Below, in pieces: positions 37,396 to 46,722 of a DNA stretch of 64,000 bases (positions within the stretch are counted from its first letter, which is position 1; every line of letters begins with the position of its first letter). Where the stretch lies: assembly GCA_038244715.1 (NCBI GenBank), contig JBBRTE010000015.1, positions 38,956 through 102,955 on the forward strand, in the 5' to 3' direction. A program made the position numbers and the translations under genes. A model generated the notes under the pieces. The model had not been told where the DNA came from. It saw nothing but the letters and a program-made list of their open reading frames with translations, and did no database searches. This stretch comes from Thermoanaerobaculia bacterium (GTDB lineage: Bacteria > Acidobacteriota > Thermoanaerobaculia > Gp7-AA8).

Positions 37396-38376
37396 TCACG
37401 ACATGAGGACTTTCGTCCCTTCGAAGTCGAAACGGAAGCGCACTTCGTCCAGCCCCGCCTCCCGCATCGCCTGCCGCAGTCCTTTTCGATCCTCGGCGTA
37501 GAAGAGAAGGAACCCACCACCGCCCGCACCGACGAGCTTTCCTCCGATGGCGCCATTGCGGCGGCCCAGCTCGTACCACTCGTCGATCTTCGGATTGCTC
37601 ATCCCTCGGGAGCGCCGTTTCTTGTGCTCCCAATGCTCGTGCAGCAGCTCACCGAACTCCTGACAATGACCCGCCTCCAGCGCGCGCTGGCTCCGGTACC
37701 CGAGGTCCTTGACGTAGTGGAGGTTGTCGATCATCTCGGGATCGGCCTCTTCGGAACGTGTCTTCTGATCCTGCAACAGGCTGCCCGCGCTCCGGGAGAA
37801 GCCGGTGAAGAAGAGGAGGAGGTTGTCCTCCAGCTCGAAAAGCGTGTCCATGTCGATGGCGAGCGGGCGGGCGGCGACGGTACCGTCGGGATGAAAATCA
37901 AAACAGGTGACCCCGCCATACGCGGCAATGTATTGATCCTGCTTTCCGACCGGTTCGTGCAGCCGCTCGATCTCGATCTCGCAGGCCAGCCGCGCGACCT
38001 CGCTGGAATGCAGGAGCCGCCGCCGGTGGGCATAGAGCGCCTTGACGAGGGCGGTGGTGAAACTTCCCGATGATCCCAGGCCGGTGCCGGAAGGAATCTC
38101 GGCGAGCGTGGTGATCTCGATCTGCGGCGTGCGCAGATTCATCATCCGTAACGCCTCGCGCAGGATGGGATGACGCACTTCCTCGACCGTGTCGACGTTC
38201 TCGATGTCGGAGTACTTCAGCCGGATGCCGGTACCGAACGGGCGGTTGACGGTCACGTAAACGTACCGGTCGATGGCTGCGGCGATGAGAAAGCCGCCGA
38301 ATTTCTCGTAATACGACGGAAGGTCGGTCCCGCCGCCTCCCAGGCTGATGCGCAGCGGACTGCGGGTGAAGATCAT
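37396..38376 (-). CDS. hddA: GHMP-family sugar kinase, D-glycero-alpha-D-manno-heptose 7-phosphate kinase-like
   Basis: 326 aa, PLRISLGGGGTDLPSYY...PSGTGLGSSGSFTTALVKAL GHMP motifs; adjacent to gmhA and gmhB. Confidence 0.7.
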   Translation of the reverse strand: MIFTRSPLRISLGGGGTDLPSYYEKFGGFLIAAAIDRYVYVTVNRPFGTGIRLKYSDIENVDTVEEVRHPILREALRMMNLRTPQIEITTLAEIPSGTGLGSSGSFTTALVKALYAHRRRLLHSSEVARLACEIEIERLHEPVGKQDQYIAAYGGVTCFDFHPDGTVAARPLAIDMDTLFELEDNLLLFFTGFSRSAGSLLQDQKTRSEEADPEMIDNLHYVKDLGYRSQRALEAGHCQEFGELLHEHWEHKKRRSRGMSNPKIDEWYELGRRNGAIGGKLVGAGGGGFLLFYAEDRKGLRQAMREAGLDEVRFRFDFEGTKVLMS

Positions 38377-39305
38377 CGAGGTTGCTCACTCTCCCGGAGC
38401 CATGCGTACGTCGTCGTCAGACCATCGTGCAGCGACGTCGCGGGAGGAAGATTCGCCAGCGTCCGCAGGCGGCTGCCATCAAGGACGCTGCGTTCCTGCT
38501 CTCCCTCTTTCGCAGCGGCCTGGTTTGCAGGAGTGTTCACGCCGGCAACGCCCGCGAGCAGATCGTAGAGCGCGCGGATCGAAGTCTCGACGCCGGTCCC
38601 GACGTTGTAGTGTCCCTGCCATTCCGCATCGCTGGCGGCCATGTTGGCCGCGACGACGTCGCCGATGAACACAAAGTCACGCGTCTGGGCGCCGGTCCCG
38701 TTGATGGTTGCGGCCTGTCCGTCGCGCAGCCGTCCGCCGAAGATGGCGACCACTCCCGCTTCCCCATGCGCGTTCTGCCGCGGCCCGTACACGTTGGCGT
38801 AGCGAAGCGCGACGGAGGAGAGGCCGCGCACCACGCGGTAGAAATGGAGGTAGTGCTCGACCGCGAGTTTGGCACAGCCGTACGGTGAGAGCGGCGCGGT
38901 CGGGTGCGACTCATCCTGCGGCACCTTGACGGGCTCGCCGTAGATGGCCCCTCCGGTCGATGCGAAGACGAAGCGCTTCACGCCTGCGTCCGCGGCCGCC
39001 TCCAGAATCCGCAGGGAGCCGACGACATTCACATCGGCATCGGCGGCAGGATCCTCGACCGACCGGCGCACGTCCATCTGCGCGGCGTGATGGTTGATCA
39101 CGTCCGGCTTCAGTTCGCGAATGAGTGCGCCCGCGGCGGCATCGCGGATATCCACTTCATGAAAGGCCGCCTTCGCGGGGAGGTTCTTCCGTTTTCCCGT
39201 CGAGAGATCATCGAGGATCGTCACGCGCCATCCGCGTTCGAGATAGGCGTCGGCGAGGCTGGATCCGATGAATCCCGCCCCGCCGGTGACGAGCACATGC
39301 TTCAT
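38373..39305 (-). CDS. galE: UDP-glucose 4-epimerase-like NAD-dependent epimerase
   Basis: 310 aa, [22 protein letters not shown]...YGCAKLAVE (YxxxK). Confidence 0.75.
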   Translation of the reverse strand: MKHVLVTGGAGFIGSSLADAYLERGWRVTILDDLSTGKRKNLPAKAAFHEVDIRDAAAGALIRELKPDVINHHAAQMDVRRSVEDPAADADVNVVGSLRILEAAADAGVKRFVFASTGGAIYGEPVKVPQDESHPTAPLSPYGCAKLAVEHYLHFYRVVRGLSSVALRYANVYGPRQNAHGEAGVVAIFGGRLRDGQAATINGTGAQTRDFVFIGDVVAANMAASDAEWQGHYNVGTGVETSIRALYDLLAGVAGVNTPANQAAAKEGEQERSVLDGSRLRTLANLPPATSLHDGLTTTYAWLRESEQPR

Positions 39306-40213
39306 GAATGTGCCGCCGTGACGGAGCGCCCCACTCTCTGACTCTGCTCGGTGAGAAGATTGAGCAGGTATTGGCCATAGGTACTCCGCGCGAGTTTGGT
39401 GGCGAGATCGCGCAGCTGCTCGGTATCGATGAGTCCGAGGTAGTGAGCCACTTCTTCAGGACAGGCGATTTTCAACCCCTGCCGGAGCTCGACCGTCTCC
39501 ACGAAGTTTGCCGCCTGCAACAGCGACTCCTGCGTCCCCGTGTCGAACCAGGCAAATCCGCGTCCAAGTTGCTCGACGCGCAGTTCGCCGATCTGGAGAT
39601 AGACGCGGTTCAGATCGGTGATCTCCAGTTCGCCACGCGCGGAGGGCGAGAGGTTTGCCGCGAAGTCGCAGACGCGCTCATCGTAAAAATAGAGACCGGT
39701 CACGGCAAAGTTCGAGCGCGGCTTGGCCGGCTTCTCTTCGATGCTGACCGCGCGGCCCTGTTCGTCGAACTCGGCGACGCCATATCGCTCCGGATCGTTC
39801 ACGCGATAGACGAAGACCGTCGCTCCGCTGTCGCCGTATGCGGCACGGCGGAGCGAGTCCGGCAATCCATGTCCATAGAAGATGTTGTCACCCAGGATGA
39901 GACAGCTCGGCTCCCCCGCCACGAAGTCCCGTCCGATCAGGAAGGCCTGCGCCAGCCCACCCGGTTCCGGCTGGGCCGCGTACTCGATGCGGATTCCCCA
40001 CTGCGATCCGCTGCCGAGCAGTTTCTGAAAGCTGGCCTGGTCCTCCGGAGTGGTGATGATCAGAAAATCCGTGATGCCGGCGAGCATGAGCGTCGTCAGC
40101 GGGTAGTAGATCATCGGCTTGTCGTACACCGGCAGCAGCTGTTTCGACATCGCCGAGGTCATCGGATAGAGCCGCGTACCGGAGCCGCCGGCGAGAATGA
40201 TTCCCTTTTTCAA
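39302..40213 (-). CDS. rmlA: Glucose-1-phosphate thymidylyltransferase (RmlA family)
   Basis: ORF trimmed to the TTG at 40213 overlapping the upstream stop (TTGA). [46 protein letters not shown]...[10 protein letters not shown]...[12 protein letters not shown]...[10 protein letters not shown]; near motif-for-motif RmlA. Confidence 0.8.
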   Translation of the reverse strand: MKKGIILAGGSGTRLYPMTSAMSKQLLPVYDKPMIYYPLTTLMLAGITDFLIITTPEDQASFQKLLGSGSQWGIRIEYAAQPEPGGLAQAFLIGRDFVAGEPSCLILGDNIFYGHGLPDSLRRAAYGDSGATVFVYRVNDPERYGVAEFDEQGRAVSIEEKPAKPRSNFAVTGLYFYDERVCDFAANLSPSARGELEITDLNRVYLQIGELRVEQLGRGFAWFDTGTQESLLQAANFVETVELRQGLKIACPEEVAHYLGLIDTEQLRDLATKLARSTYGQYLLNLLTEQSQRVGRSVTAAHS

Positions 40214-40929
40214 ACGTCCTCCACTTCGACCGCATATCGTGTCACACGTTCCCGCGGTCCGCGACGAGCGATCGCACCGACGACCGCTCCGAAAACGAAT
40301 CCGCCCACGTGGGCCCACCAGGCCACGCCGGCCGCTTCCTGCGTCGCGTGCGCCGCAGCGATGGTCAGGAAGCCGTTGAAGAACTGCATGCCGAACCACA
40401 CGGGCAGAAAAATCACGGCGCGGATCTCGATCAGTGCCCAGTAGATGACGAATGGCATAAGCGTGACGATCCGCGCCTTCGGACGCAGCACAAGGAAGGC
40501 TCCCAGGATGCCGGCAATACTGCCGGATGCACCGATCGAGGGGATCGCCGACTGTGGAAAGAGCATCGTGTGCGTGAGGCTGCCGATGACGCCGCAGAGG
40601 ATGTAGAAGGCCAGAAATGGCATCCGTCCCAACGCATCCTCAACGGCTCCGCCGAACACCCAGAGGTAGATCATGTTTCCGATCAGGTGTACGAAGCCGC
40701 CGTGCAGGAAGAGCGACGTGAGGAGCGTGATGCTCACCTCGAACATCGTATAGCCGTGCGCGGCGGGATGAACGAGGCGCGCCGGGATGAACCCGAAGAG
40801 ATTGATGAGGGTCTCCGTCCGCTGCCCGAGCACGACCTGCGCGACGAATACGACTACGTTGGCGGCGACGAGGGCGCGCGTGACCACGGGTGTCTCGCGT
40901 GGAGGCGAGGTGTGGCGGAGGGGAATCAT
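40210..40929 (-). CDS. Rhomboid-family intramembrane serine protease
   Basis: 239 aa, 6 TM helices, [13 protein letters not shown] (catalytic Ser in GxSG) and a downstream AHxxGFxxG-type His. Confidence 0.8.
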   Translation of the reverse strand: MIPLRHTSPPRETPVVTRALVAANVVVFVAQVVLGQRTETLINLFGFIPARLVHPAAHGYTMFEVSITLLTSLFLHGGFVHLIGNMIYLWVFGGAVEDALGRMPFLAFYILCGVIGSLTHTMLFPQSAIPSIGASGSIAGILGAFLVLRPKARIVTLMPFVIYWALIEIRAVIFLPVWFGMQFFNGFLTIAAAHATQEAAGVAWWAHVGGFVFGAVVGAIARRGPRERVTRYAVEVEDV

Positions 40930-42050
40930 CCCAGTGCCGCGGCGATCTCCCGAACGACTTCAGCCATCTGGTCGCGCGTCAGCTCGGGGAAGATCGGGAC
41001 GGCCAGCGTCTGCAGCGCCGCGCGATCCGAGTGCGGGTACGGATCACCCGCCGAGGGGACGTTCGTGAAGCACTCCTGCTGCGGCAGCGTCAGCGGGTAG
41101 TACACCTCGCATCCGATCCCGGCGCCCCTCAGGTGGTTCATCACGCGATCGCGCGTGCCGTCACCATCCGTGAAGCGGACGATGTACTGGTTGTACACGT
41201 GATGGCGCCGCGGGAGTTCGCGCGGCAGGACGATGCGGTCGGCGAGCTTCGCGTCCGCGAAGAGCTCTCCATATGTCTCCGCATTGCGCCGCCGCGCCGC
41301 GGACCACGCGTCCAGGTGTGCCAGTTTGACCTGCAGGATGGCCGCCTGGAGCGCGTCGATGCGGAAGTTCCCGCCGACGTAGCGGTGGTAGTACTTCGGC
41401 CGCATGCCGTGCACGCGGAAGTCGATGAGCTTCTGGTAGGTGTCCTCGTCTTCGCAGGTCGCCGCCCCCGCATCGCCGAAGGCACCGAGGTTCTTGGACG
41501 GAAAAAAGGAAAACGCCCCGATCGTACCGAGCACACCTGCCCTCCGCCCGTCGTACTCCGCGCCAACCGCCTGCGCGGCATCCTCCACCACGGCCAGGCT
41601 GTGCTTGGCCGCGATGCGGTTGATCTCCTCCATCGCCGCGCATTGTCCGTAGAGGTGCACCGGCATGATGGCCCGGGTATTCGACGTGATGCGCGACTCG
41701 ATCTGCTGCGGATCGATGTTGTAGTCGGCCAGGTCGATGTCGACGAACACCGGGATGGCGCCCAGCCGGTCCACGACGCCCGCCGTGGCGAAGAAGGAGT
41801 ACGCCGGGACGATGACTTCGTCGCCCGGACCGACGCCGAGGACCATCAGGGCGATGAGGAGCGCGTCGGTTCCGGAGGAGAGGCCAACCGCGTACTTGCT
41901 GTGGCAGTACGTCGCGAAGTCGCGTTCGAAATCGTCGACGCGCTTGCCGAGGATGAAGTACTGCGAGTCATAGACCTCTTCGGTGACGCGGAGGACTTCC
42001 TCGCGAATCGTGGCGTACTGCAGCTTCAGATCGAGCAGCGGAATGGGCAT
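40926..42050 (-). CDS. DegT/DnrJ/EryC1/StrS-family PLP-dependent sugar aminotransferase
   Basis: 374 aa, ...SGTDALLIAL...AIMPVHLYGQ...SFFPSKNLGAFGDAG (PLP-binding Lys). Confidence 0.85.
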   Translation of the reverse strand: MPIPLLDLKLQYATIREEVLRVTEEVYDSQYFILGKRVDDFERDFATYCHSKYAVGLSSGTDALLIALMVLGVGPGDEVIVPAYSFFATAGVVDRLGAIPVFVDIDLADYNIDPQQIESRITSNTRAIMPVHLYGQCAAMEEINRIAAKHSLAVVEDAAQAVGAEYDGRRAGVLGTIGAFSFFPSKNLGAFGDAGAATCEDEDTYQKLIDFRVHGMRPKYYHRYVGGNFRIDALQAAILQVKLAHLDAWSAARRRNAETYGELFADAKLADRIVLPRELPRRHHVYNQYIVRFTDGDGTRDRVMNHLRGAGIGCEVYYPLTLPQQECFTNVPSAGDPYPHSDRAALQTLAVPIFPELTRDQMAEVVREIAAALG

Positions 42051-42260
42051 GGCGGCCGGAGTTTATCCCAACGCTTTTGCGCTGGGCCGCGTATCTAGGC
42101 TGCAAAACGCACACGACAACGGCCGCGGCCTGCGGCTGTTCGTGTGCGTTTTTCGTGTTGATTTACCACGATTCTTTTTGATGCTGTGATCGCATAAAAT
42201 TCTAGACATTCTTTTTCGAGACTGCGTATCAACGCGCAACTGATGAAGGAGAAAACTCGA

Positions 42261-43331
42261 ATGAACCTCAAACACATCGTCACCGCAGCAGCCCTCACCC
42301 TTTTTCCACTCGCCGCCAGCGCCACCACCCTGATCATTCCCGCGTCCGGCACGGGCCCGGGCGCCAACGACAGCCACTGGCAGACCGAGCTCACGCTTCA
42401 CAACACGAGCGCCAGTGCCATCACGGCCACGCTCACGTTCCATGACCTGGTCGGGACCGGCGAGTCGTCCAGCGTCACCGTGGCGCCTCGCGCGACCGTA
42501 TCCATCGCCGACGTCGTGGCCAGCAGCTTCGGACGCACCGGCGCAACCGGCGCCATCGACGTCACCTTCGACAGCGCGTTCGCACAGAAGCTGACCGTCA
42601 GCTCGCGCACGTTCAACAAGTCCGCGAACGGTGAATTCGGACAGGACATCCCCGCCATCGACCAGAGCACGGCGCCGACAGCGGGCGGACTGACGGTCCT
42701 CAGCGGACCGTCGTCGGCAACCGACGCGCGCTTCAACTTCGGTCTCTACGCGATCGACGCCGCCTCGGTCCGCTGGGAGCTCATCCGCGCCGACGGCACC
42801 GTGGCCGCGTCGCGGGAAGTCTCCTACAACGCGGGAACGCAAGTGCAGTACAACTCCGGCGTCTCCCTGTTCTTCAACGCTTCGGCGGAGGACAGAGACA
42901 CCGTGCAGGCTTTGGTCACGAGCGGCCACGCCCTCGCCTACGGCAGCATCGTCAACAACGCCTCGGGCGATCCGACCTACGTCCCGGGCGTTCTCGCCCG
43001 CGCCGACCTCCGCGTCAACTTCCTCGGCGTTGAATTCGGGGGATCCGGGAAGATCGATATCGCCGACGCCAACCACGACGGCGTGCTCGATCGCGCGATC
43101 GACATTCCGACCGGCAAGTTCCCGGTGGGCTTCCGCGTCGTCGTGACGTCGTCAGGACCGGTGACGTTCGAACTGGTGAACGCGCCGATCGATGTGAGGC
43201 TCGTCGACAACAACGGCGGAATCGTCTGGACTCCGACGACGATCGGCGGAGGCACGACCACCACCCTCACGCTGCGGATCACCGCTGACGGCACGACGGA
43301 GATCATCACGATCCCGGTAAACGTCCGCTAG
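42261..43331 (+). CDS. Secreted hypothetical protein
   Basis: ATG at 42261 preceded by an AAGGAG RBS; signal peptide MNLKHIVTAAALTLFPLAASA; Thr/Ser/Gly-rich beta-type composition; no family recognised. Confidence 0.6.
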   Translation: MNLKHIVTAAALTLFPLAASATTLIIPASGTGPGANDSHWQTELTLHNTSASAITATLTFHDLVGTGESSSVTVAPRATVSIADVVASSFGRTGATGAIDVTFDSAFAQKLTVSSRTFNKSANGEFGQDIPAIDQSTAPTAGGLTVLSGPSSATDARFNFGLYAIDAASVRWELIRADGTVAASREVSYNAGTQVQYNSGVSLFFNASAEDRDTVQALVTSGHALAYGSIVNNASGDPTYVPGVLARADLRVNFLGVEFGGSGKIDIADANHDGVLDRAIDIPTGKFPVGFRVVVTSSGPVTFELVNAPIDVRLVDNNGGIVWTPTTIGGGTTTTLTLRITADGTTEIITIPVNVR

Positions 43332-43359
43332 GCGGATCGCAGCGCCCTCAATCCATGAA

Positions 43360-43396
43360 GCGGGCCGGAGCCACCACTCCGGCCCGCATTTTTTTT
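43360..43396. terminator. Bidirectional intrinsic terminator between convergent genes
   Basis: GCGGGCCGGAG-ccaccac-TCCGGCCCGC followed by ATTTTTTTTAA; the tyrS stop codon overlaps the U-run. Confidence 0.6.
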
Positions 43397-44585
43397 AAGC
43401 GAATGCGATTCTGGCGAACCGGCGCTTGCCGACCTTGAGCAGATAGGACTTGCCGGCGCTGGTGTCGAGCGTCGCGCGCGGGTCGCTGACTTTCGCATCG
43501 TCGACGAGCACCCCTCCCTGCGCGATGACGCGCTGCGCGTCTTTGTTCGAATCCGACAGACCCGCCGAAACGATGATCTTCGACAGCAGCTGCGGCTCGC
43601 CCGCGGAGGGAAGCGTGGTCTCCTCGATCTCAGCCGGCGCCTGACGCTCGGTGAACACGCGTCGGAAACCCTCCTCCGCTGCCTCCGCCGCCGCGCCGTC
43701 ATGGAAGTCGCGGATGATCGACTTCGCGAGCTCCCGTTTGGCCTCCATCGGATGCGAGGACGCCTTCCGTGCAGCGATCTCGGCCGGCGTGAGGTCGGTG
43801 CAGAGCGTGTAGTACTTCCACATCAACTCGTCGGAAATCGACATGATCTTGCCGAAGATCGACTGCGGGTCTTCGTGGATGCCGATGTAGTTGCCGAGGG
43901 ATTTGGACATCTTCTCGACGCCGTCGAGGCCTTCCAGGAGTGGCATCGTGATGACGACCTGCGGCTCCAGCTTGTACTCGCGCATCAGATCGCGCCCGAC
44001 CAGCAGATTGAAGAGTTGATCGGTGCCGCCCATCTCCACGTCGGCATTCAATGCGACCGAGTCGTAGCCTTGCGCCAGCGGGTAGAGCAGCTCGTGGATC
44101 GCGATCGGCTGGTGCGCGTCGAACCGTTTGCGGAAGTCGTCACGCTCGAGGATGCGCGCCAGCGTGTACTTCGCCGCCAGCTTGATCATCCCTTCTGCGC
44201 CGAGAGCGCCGAGCCACTCGGAGTTGAAACGGATCTCGGTGGTCTTCGGATCGAGGATCTTGAAGACCTGCTGTTTGTACGTCTCCGCGTTCTGCAGCAC
44301 TTCTTCCTTCGACAGCGCCGGCCGCGTGGCCTTCTTGCCTGTGGGATCGCCGATGAGGCCCGTGAAATCGCCGATCAGAAAGATGACCCGATGCCCGAGC
44401 TGCTGGAAATGCTTCATCTTGCGGATCACGACGGTGTGACCGAGGTGAATATCGGGAGCCGTGGGGTCGAACCCGACCTTGACGGTGAGCGGCTTGCCCC
44501 GGGCGAGCTTCGTCTTCAGGTCGTTGCGATCGATGAAGTCGACCGTCCCCTTGCCGAGGAAGGCGAGTTGTTCGTCGAGAGTCAT
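43395..44585 (-). CDS. tyrS: Tyrosine--tRNA ligase
   Basis: ORF trimmed to ATG 44585 ([10 protein letters not shown]...). HIGH ([10 protein letters not shown]) and KMSKS motifs present. 396 aa. Confidence 0.9.
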   Translation of the reverse strand: MTLDEQLAFLGKGTVDFIDRNDLKTKLARGKPLTVKVGFDPTAPDIHLGHTVVIRKMKHFQQLGHRVIFLIGDFTGLIGDPTGKKATRPALSKEEVLQNAETYKQQVFKILDPKTTEIRFNSEWLGALGAEGMIKLAAKYTLARILERDDFRKRFDAHQPIAIHELLYPLAQGYDSVALNADVEMGGTDQLFNLLVGRDLMREYKLEPQVVITMPLLEGLDGVEKMSKSLGNYIGIHEDPQSIFGKIMSISDELMWKYYTLCTDLTPAEIAARKASSHPMEAKRELAKSIIRDFHDGAAAEAAEEGFRRVFTERQAPAEIEETTLPSAGEPQLLSKIIVSAGLSDSNKDAQRVIAQGGVLVDDAKVSDPRATLDTSAGKSYLLKVGKRRFARIAFA

Positions 44586-44683
44586 CGGGGCATTGTAGTT
44601 TGGGGTGTGTTGCCGGGTTGCCGGCCAACCAGGCAACCAGGAATTTGACACCACCACGACACGTCTCTACACTTCGCCACCCG

Positions 44684-44731
44684 ATGAACAGCCTGTTCGC
44701 CCAGCAGCACCACCATCATCACCACACCTAG
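44684..44731 (+). CDS. hisL: his operon leader peptide (6 consecutive His codons)
   Basis: atgaacagcctgttcgcccagcagcaccaccatcatcaccacacctag translates to MNSLFAQQHHHHHHT*; it lies ~100 nt upstream of hisZ and is followed by hairpins and a terminator. Confidence 0.6.
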   Translation: MNSLFAQQHHHHHHT

Positions 44732-44826
44732 GGGCGCGAACCGCCCCGATCGGACAAGGGGCGTTCAGCGAACAACGTAGCCGACTGACAAGACCTCTTC
44801 TCCGGTTTCGAGAATGAGGTTTTTTG
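44732..44826 (+). promoter_or_regulatory. Putative his attenuator: alternative GGGGCG/CGCCCC hairpins plus terminator hairpin with U-tract
   Basis: GGGGCG(44732-37) / CGCCCC(44743-48) / GGGGCG(44759-64) can pair alternately. Terminator CCTCTTCTC-cggtttc-GAGAaTGAGG (44794-44819) is followed by TTTTTT (44820-25). The GAGG of the 3' stem doubles as the RBS for the hisZ ATG at 44832. Confidence 0.5.
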
Positions 44827-44831
44827 ACTTT

Positions 44832-45716
44832 ATGGCCGCGAAATCGAGATACCCCACTGGTGTTCATCCGCTGCTGGTCGAAGAGACCGCGCGGCGGAGG
44901 CGCATCGAAGCCCGCTTCGTCGACACCTTCGAGAAGGCGAGCTTCTCGGAAGTGATCCTGCCCATCATCGACTACGTGGAGCCGTACGCGCCGCTGGTCG
45001 ACAGCGCGGCGGCGAAGCAGAGTTATCGGTTCATCGATCGGGAAGGCGACCTGGTCGCCATCCGTGCCGACTTCACGCCGATGCTCGCACGTGCCCTCTC
45101 CCCCACCCTCGACGCGGGCACGCTCCCGCTCCGCCTCTTCTACCGCGGTGACGTCATCCGCGTGGAAGCGTCACGCCTCGGCACGAACAGGGAGTTGTTC
45201 CAGATTGGCGCGGAGATCGTCGGCGACGACTCGATCGATGCGGACGTGGCGATGCTCCATCTCGCCGCCGAGCTCGGGCGTACCGACGAAAGCGAGCCCG
45301 CGGTGGTCTACAACGATGTCTCCATCGCCACGTCGCTGATCGCACAATCCGACGCCGTCCGCGAAGCACTGGCCGCCAAGCGGATGACCGCGGGCGTTCC
45401 TGCCGCGCTGCGGACCATCGTGGCGAAGCTCATCTCCGGCGAGGCCACGATCGATGACGTCGCGCCGTTCGCACCGGAGGCGGCGGCCAGGCTCTGCGCG
45501 ATCGGCGATGCGCTCGCCAGCGATTCTCTCTTTTCCCTGCACCTCGACGACATCGACGGGAGCGCCGGCTATTACACCGGCCTCCGCTTTCGCGTCTACG
45601 CAGGCCGCGCTCGAGCAAAGGTCGCTCAGGGCGGACGCTACGACACTCTCTACGAACGCTTCGGCCAGCGCGCCGCGGCCATCGGATTCACCTTCACTCT
45701 CGACGACCTGGATTGA
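44832..45716 (+). CDS. hisZ: ATP phosphoribosyltransferase regulatory subunit
   Basis: Class II aaRS-like HisZ (FRYERPQ-type region present as FRVYAGRARAKVAQGGRYD). The track start at 44814 lies inside the terminator stem, so the ATG at 44832 is preferred. Confidence 0.8.
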   Translation: MAAKSRYPTGVHPLLVEETARRRRIEARFVDTFEKASFSEVILPIIDYVEPYAPLVDSAAAKQSYRFIDREGDLVAIRADFTPMLARALSPTLDAGTLPLRLFYRGDVIRVEASRLGTNRELFQIGAEIVGDDSIDADVAMLHLAAELGRTDESEPAVVYNDVSIATSLIAQSDAVREALAAKRMTAGVPAALRTIVAKLISGEATIDDVAPFAPEAAARLCAIGDALASDSLFSLHLDDIDGSAGYYTGLRFRVYAGRARAKVAQGGRYDTLYERFGQRAAAIGFTFTLDDLD

Positions 45717-45721
45717 ACGAC

Positions 45722-46333
45722 ATGCGCATTGCCATTCCCAAAGGACGACTGCAGGACCGCGCCCTCGGCGTCTTCGCCGGAGCCGGGTACAACGTGCCCA
45801 CGGACAACGACCTCAAGACCCGCAAGCTGGTGTTCGAGCGTGATGGGATCGAGTGGATCTTCGTCAAGGACGGCGACGTACCGGTCTACGTGGAGCACGG
45901 CGCCGCCGACGCCGGCATCGCCGGACTCGATCAGATCCTCGAGCACGAGTGCACCGCCTACCAACCAGTCGAGTTCCCGTTCGGCCGCTGTCGGATGATG
46001 CTGATCGCCGCTCCCGACGCACCGCCGCTGACGAAAGTGGCGACGAAGTATCCGCGCATCACGCGCCAGTTTCTCGAGAGCCGCGGGATCCGCGCCGAGA
46101 TCGTGCCGCTCAACGGTTCGGTCGAGCTGGCCGCCGTGCTGAATCTGACCTCGCACGTGGTCGATCTCGTCGAAACGGGAGAGACCGTGCGCGTGCATCA
46201 CCTGGAGTTGCAGGATGTGATCGCGGAAATCAGTCCGCGGCTGATCGTCGGGAAGAACTTCTACCGGACGGAACAGAAGCTCGTGCGCGACATGATCACG
46301 CGCATCGAGGAGGCGATGAATGTCGCGCGTTGA
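45722..46333 (+). CDS. hisG: ATP phosphoribosyltransferase (short form)
   Basis: MRIAIPKGRLQDRALGVFAGAG...; the alternative TTG at 45713 overlaps the hisZ stop. Short HisG is consistent with the presence of HisZ. Confidence 0.88.
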   Translation: MRIAIPKGRLQDRALGVFAGAGYNVPTDNDLKTRKLVFERDGIEWIFVKDGDVPVYVEHGAADAGIAGLDQILEHECTAYQPVEFPFGRCRMMLIAAPDAPPLTKVATKYPRITRQFLESRGIRAEIVPLNGSVELAAVLNLTSHVVDLVETGETVRVHHLELQDVIAEISPRLIVGKNFYRTEQKLVRDMITRIEEAMNVAR

Positions 46334-46428
46334 GTGCCACGGCGGCGGGGTCGCCCGGTTTCGTGATCGCGCGATTGCGGCCTGTTCGCTAAGGCAAATC
46401 TGGTCTCCCATCCAGAGTGCAGCCGCCG

Positions 46429-46583
46429 ATCGTGAGGTCCTTCGCCCCCGCGCGAGCGGGGGAGAAGGTGGCCGAAGGCCGGATGAGGGGGCTCTGATCG
46501 GCGCGCAATGCCACGCCCCTCACCCGCACTCCGCTTCGCTCCGTGTCTCCCTCTCCCCGCTGTCGCGGGGCGAGGGTTGCTCG
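46429..46583. repeat. REP-like palindromic intergenic element, copy 1 (~155 bp)
   Basis: Near-identical to 46723-46877 (2 mismatches). Contains the palindromes CCCCCGCGCGAGCGGGGG and CCCCGCTGTCGCGGGG. Confidence 0.7.
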
Positions 46584-46722
46584 CGCTCAAACAGCGGGCC
46601 GGGGTTGCCTTCGACGACGTTTGGGCGTCGTCCCTTCCTGGACCAGGGAGATGCTCTGAATCGCAAGGGCTCGACGGCGGTTGAGCCTGATCGCTCGATC
46701 CATCAAGGTCTACAGGCTCTGA

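Noticed and set aside
39302-40213. Considered calling the nucleotidyltransferase next to gmhA/hddA/gmhB the heptose-1-phosphate guanylyltransferase HddC
   Set aside because: The sequence matches RmlA nearly motif-for-motif ([41 protein letters not shown]) and is ~300 aa rather than ~230 aa. Called RmlA-like; HddC is presumably elsewhere.
44814-44831. Track start of hisZ at 44814
   Set aside because: That ATG sits inside the 3' arm of the attenuator terminator hairpin. The ATG at 44832 has the hairpin's GAGG as its RBS and is preferred.
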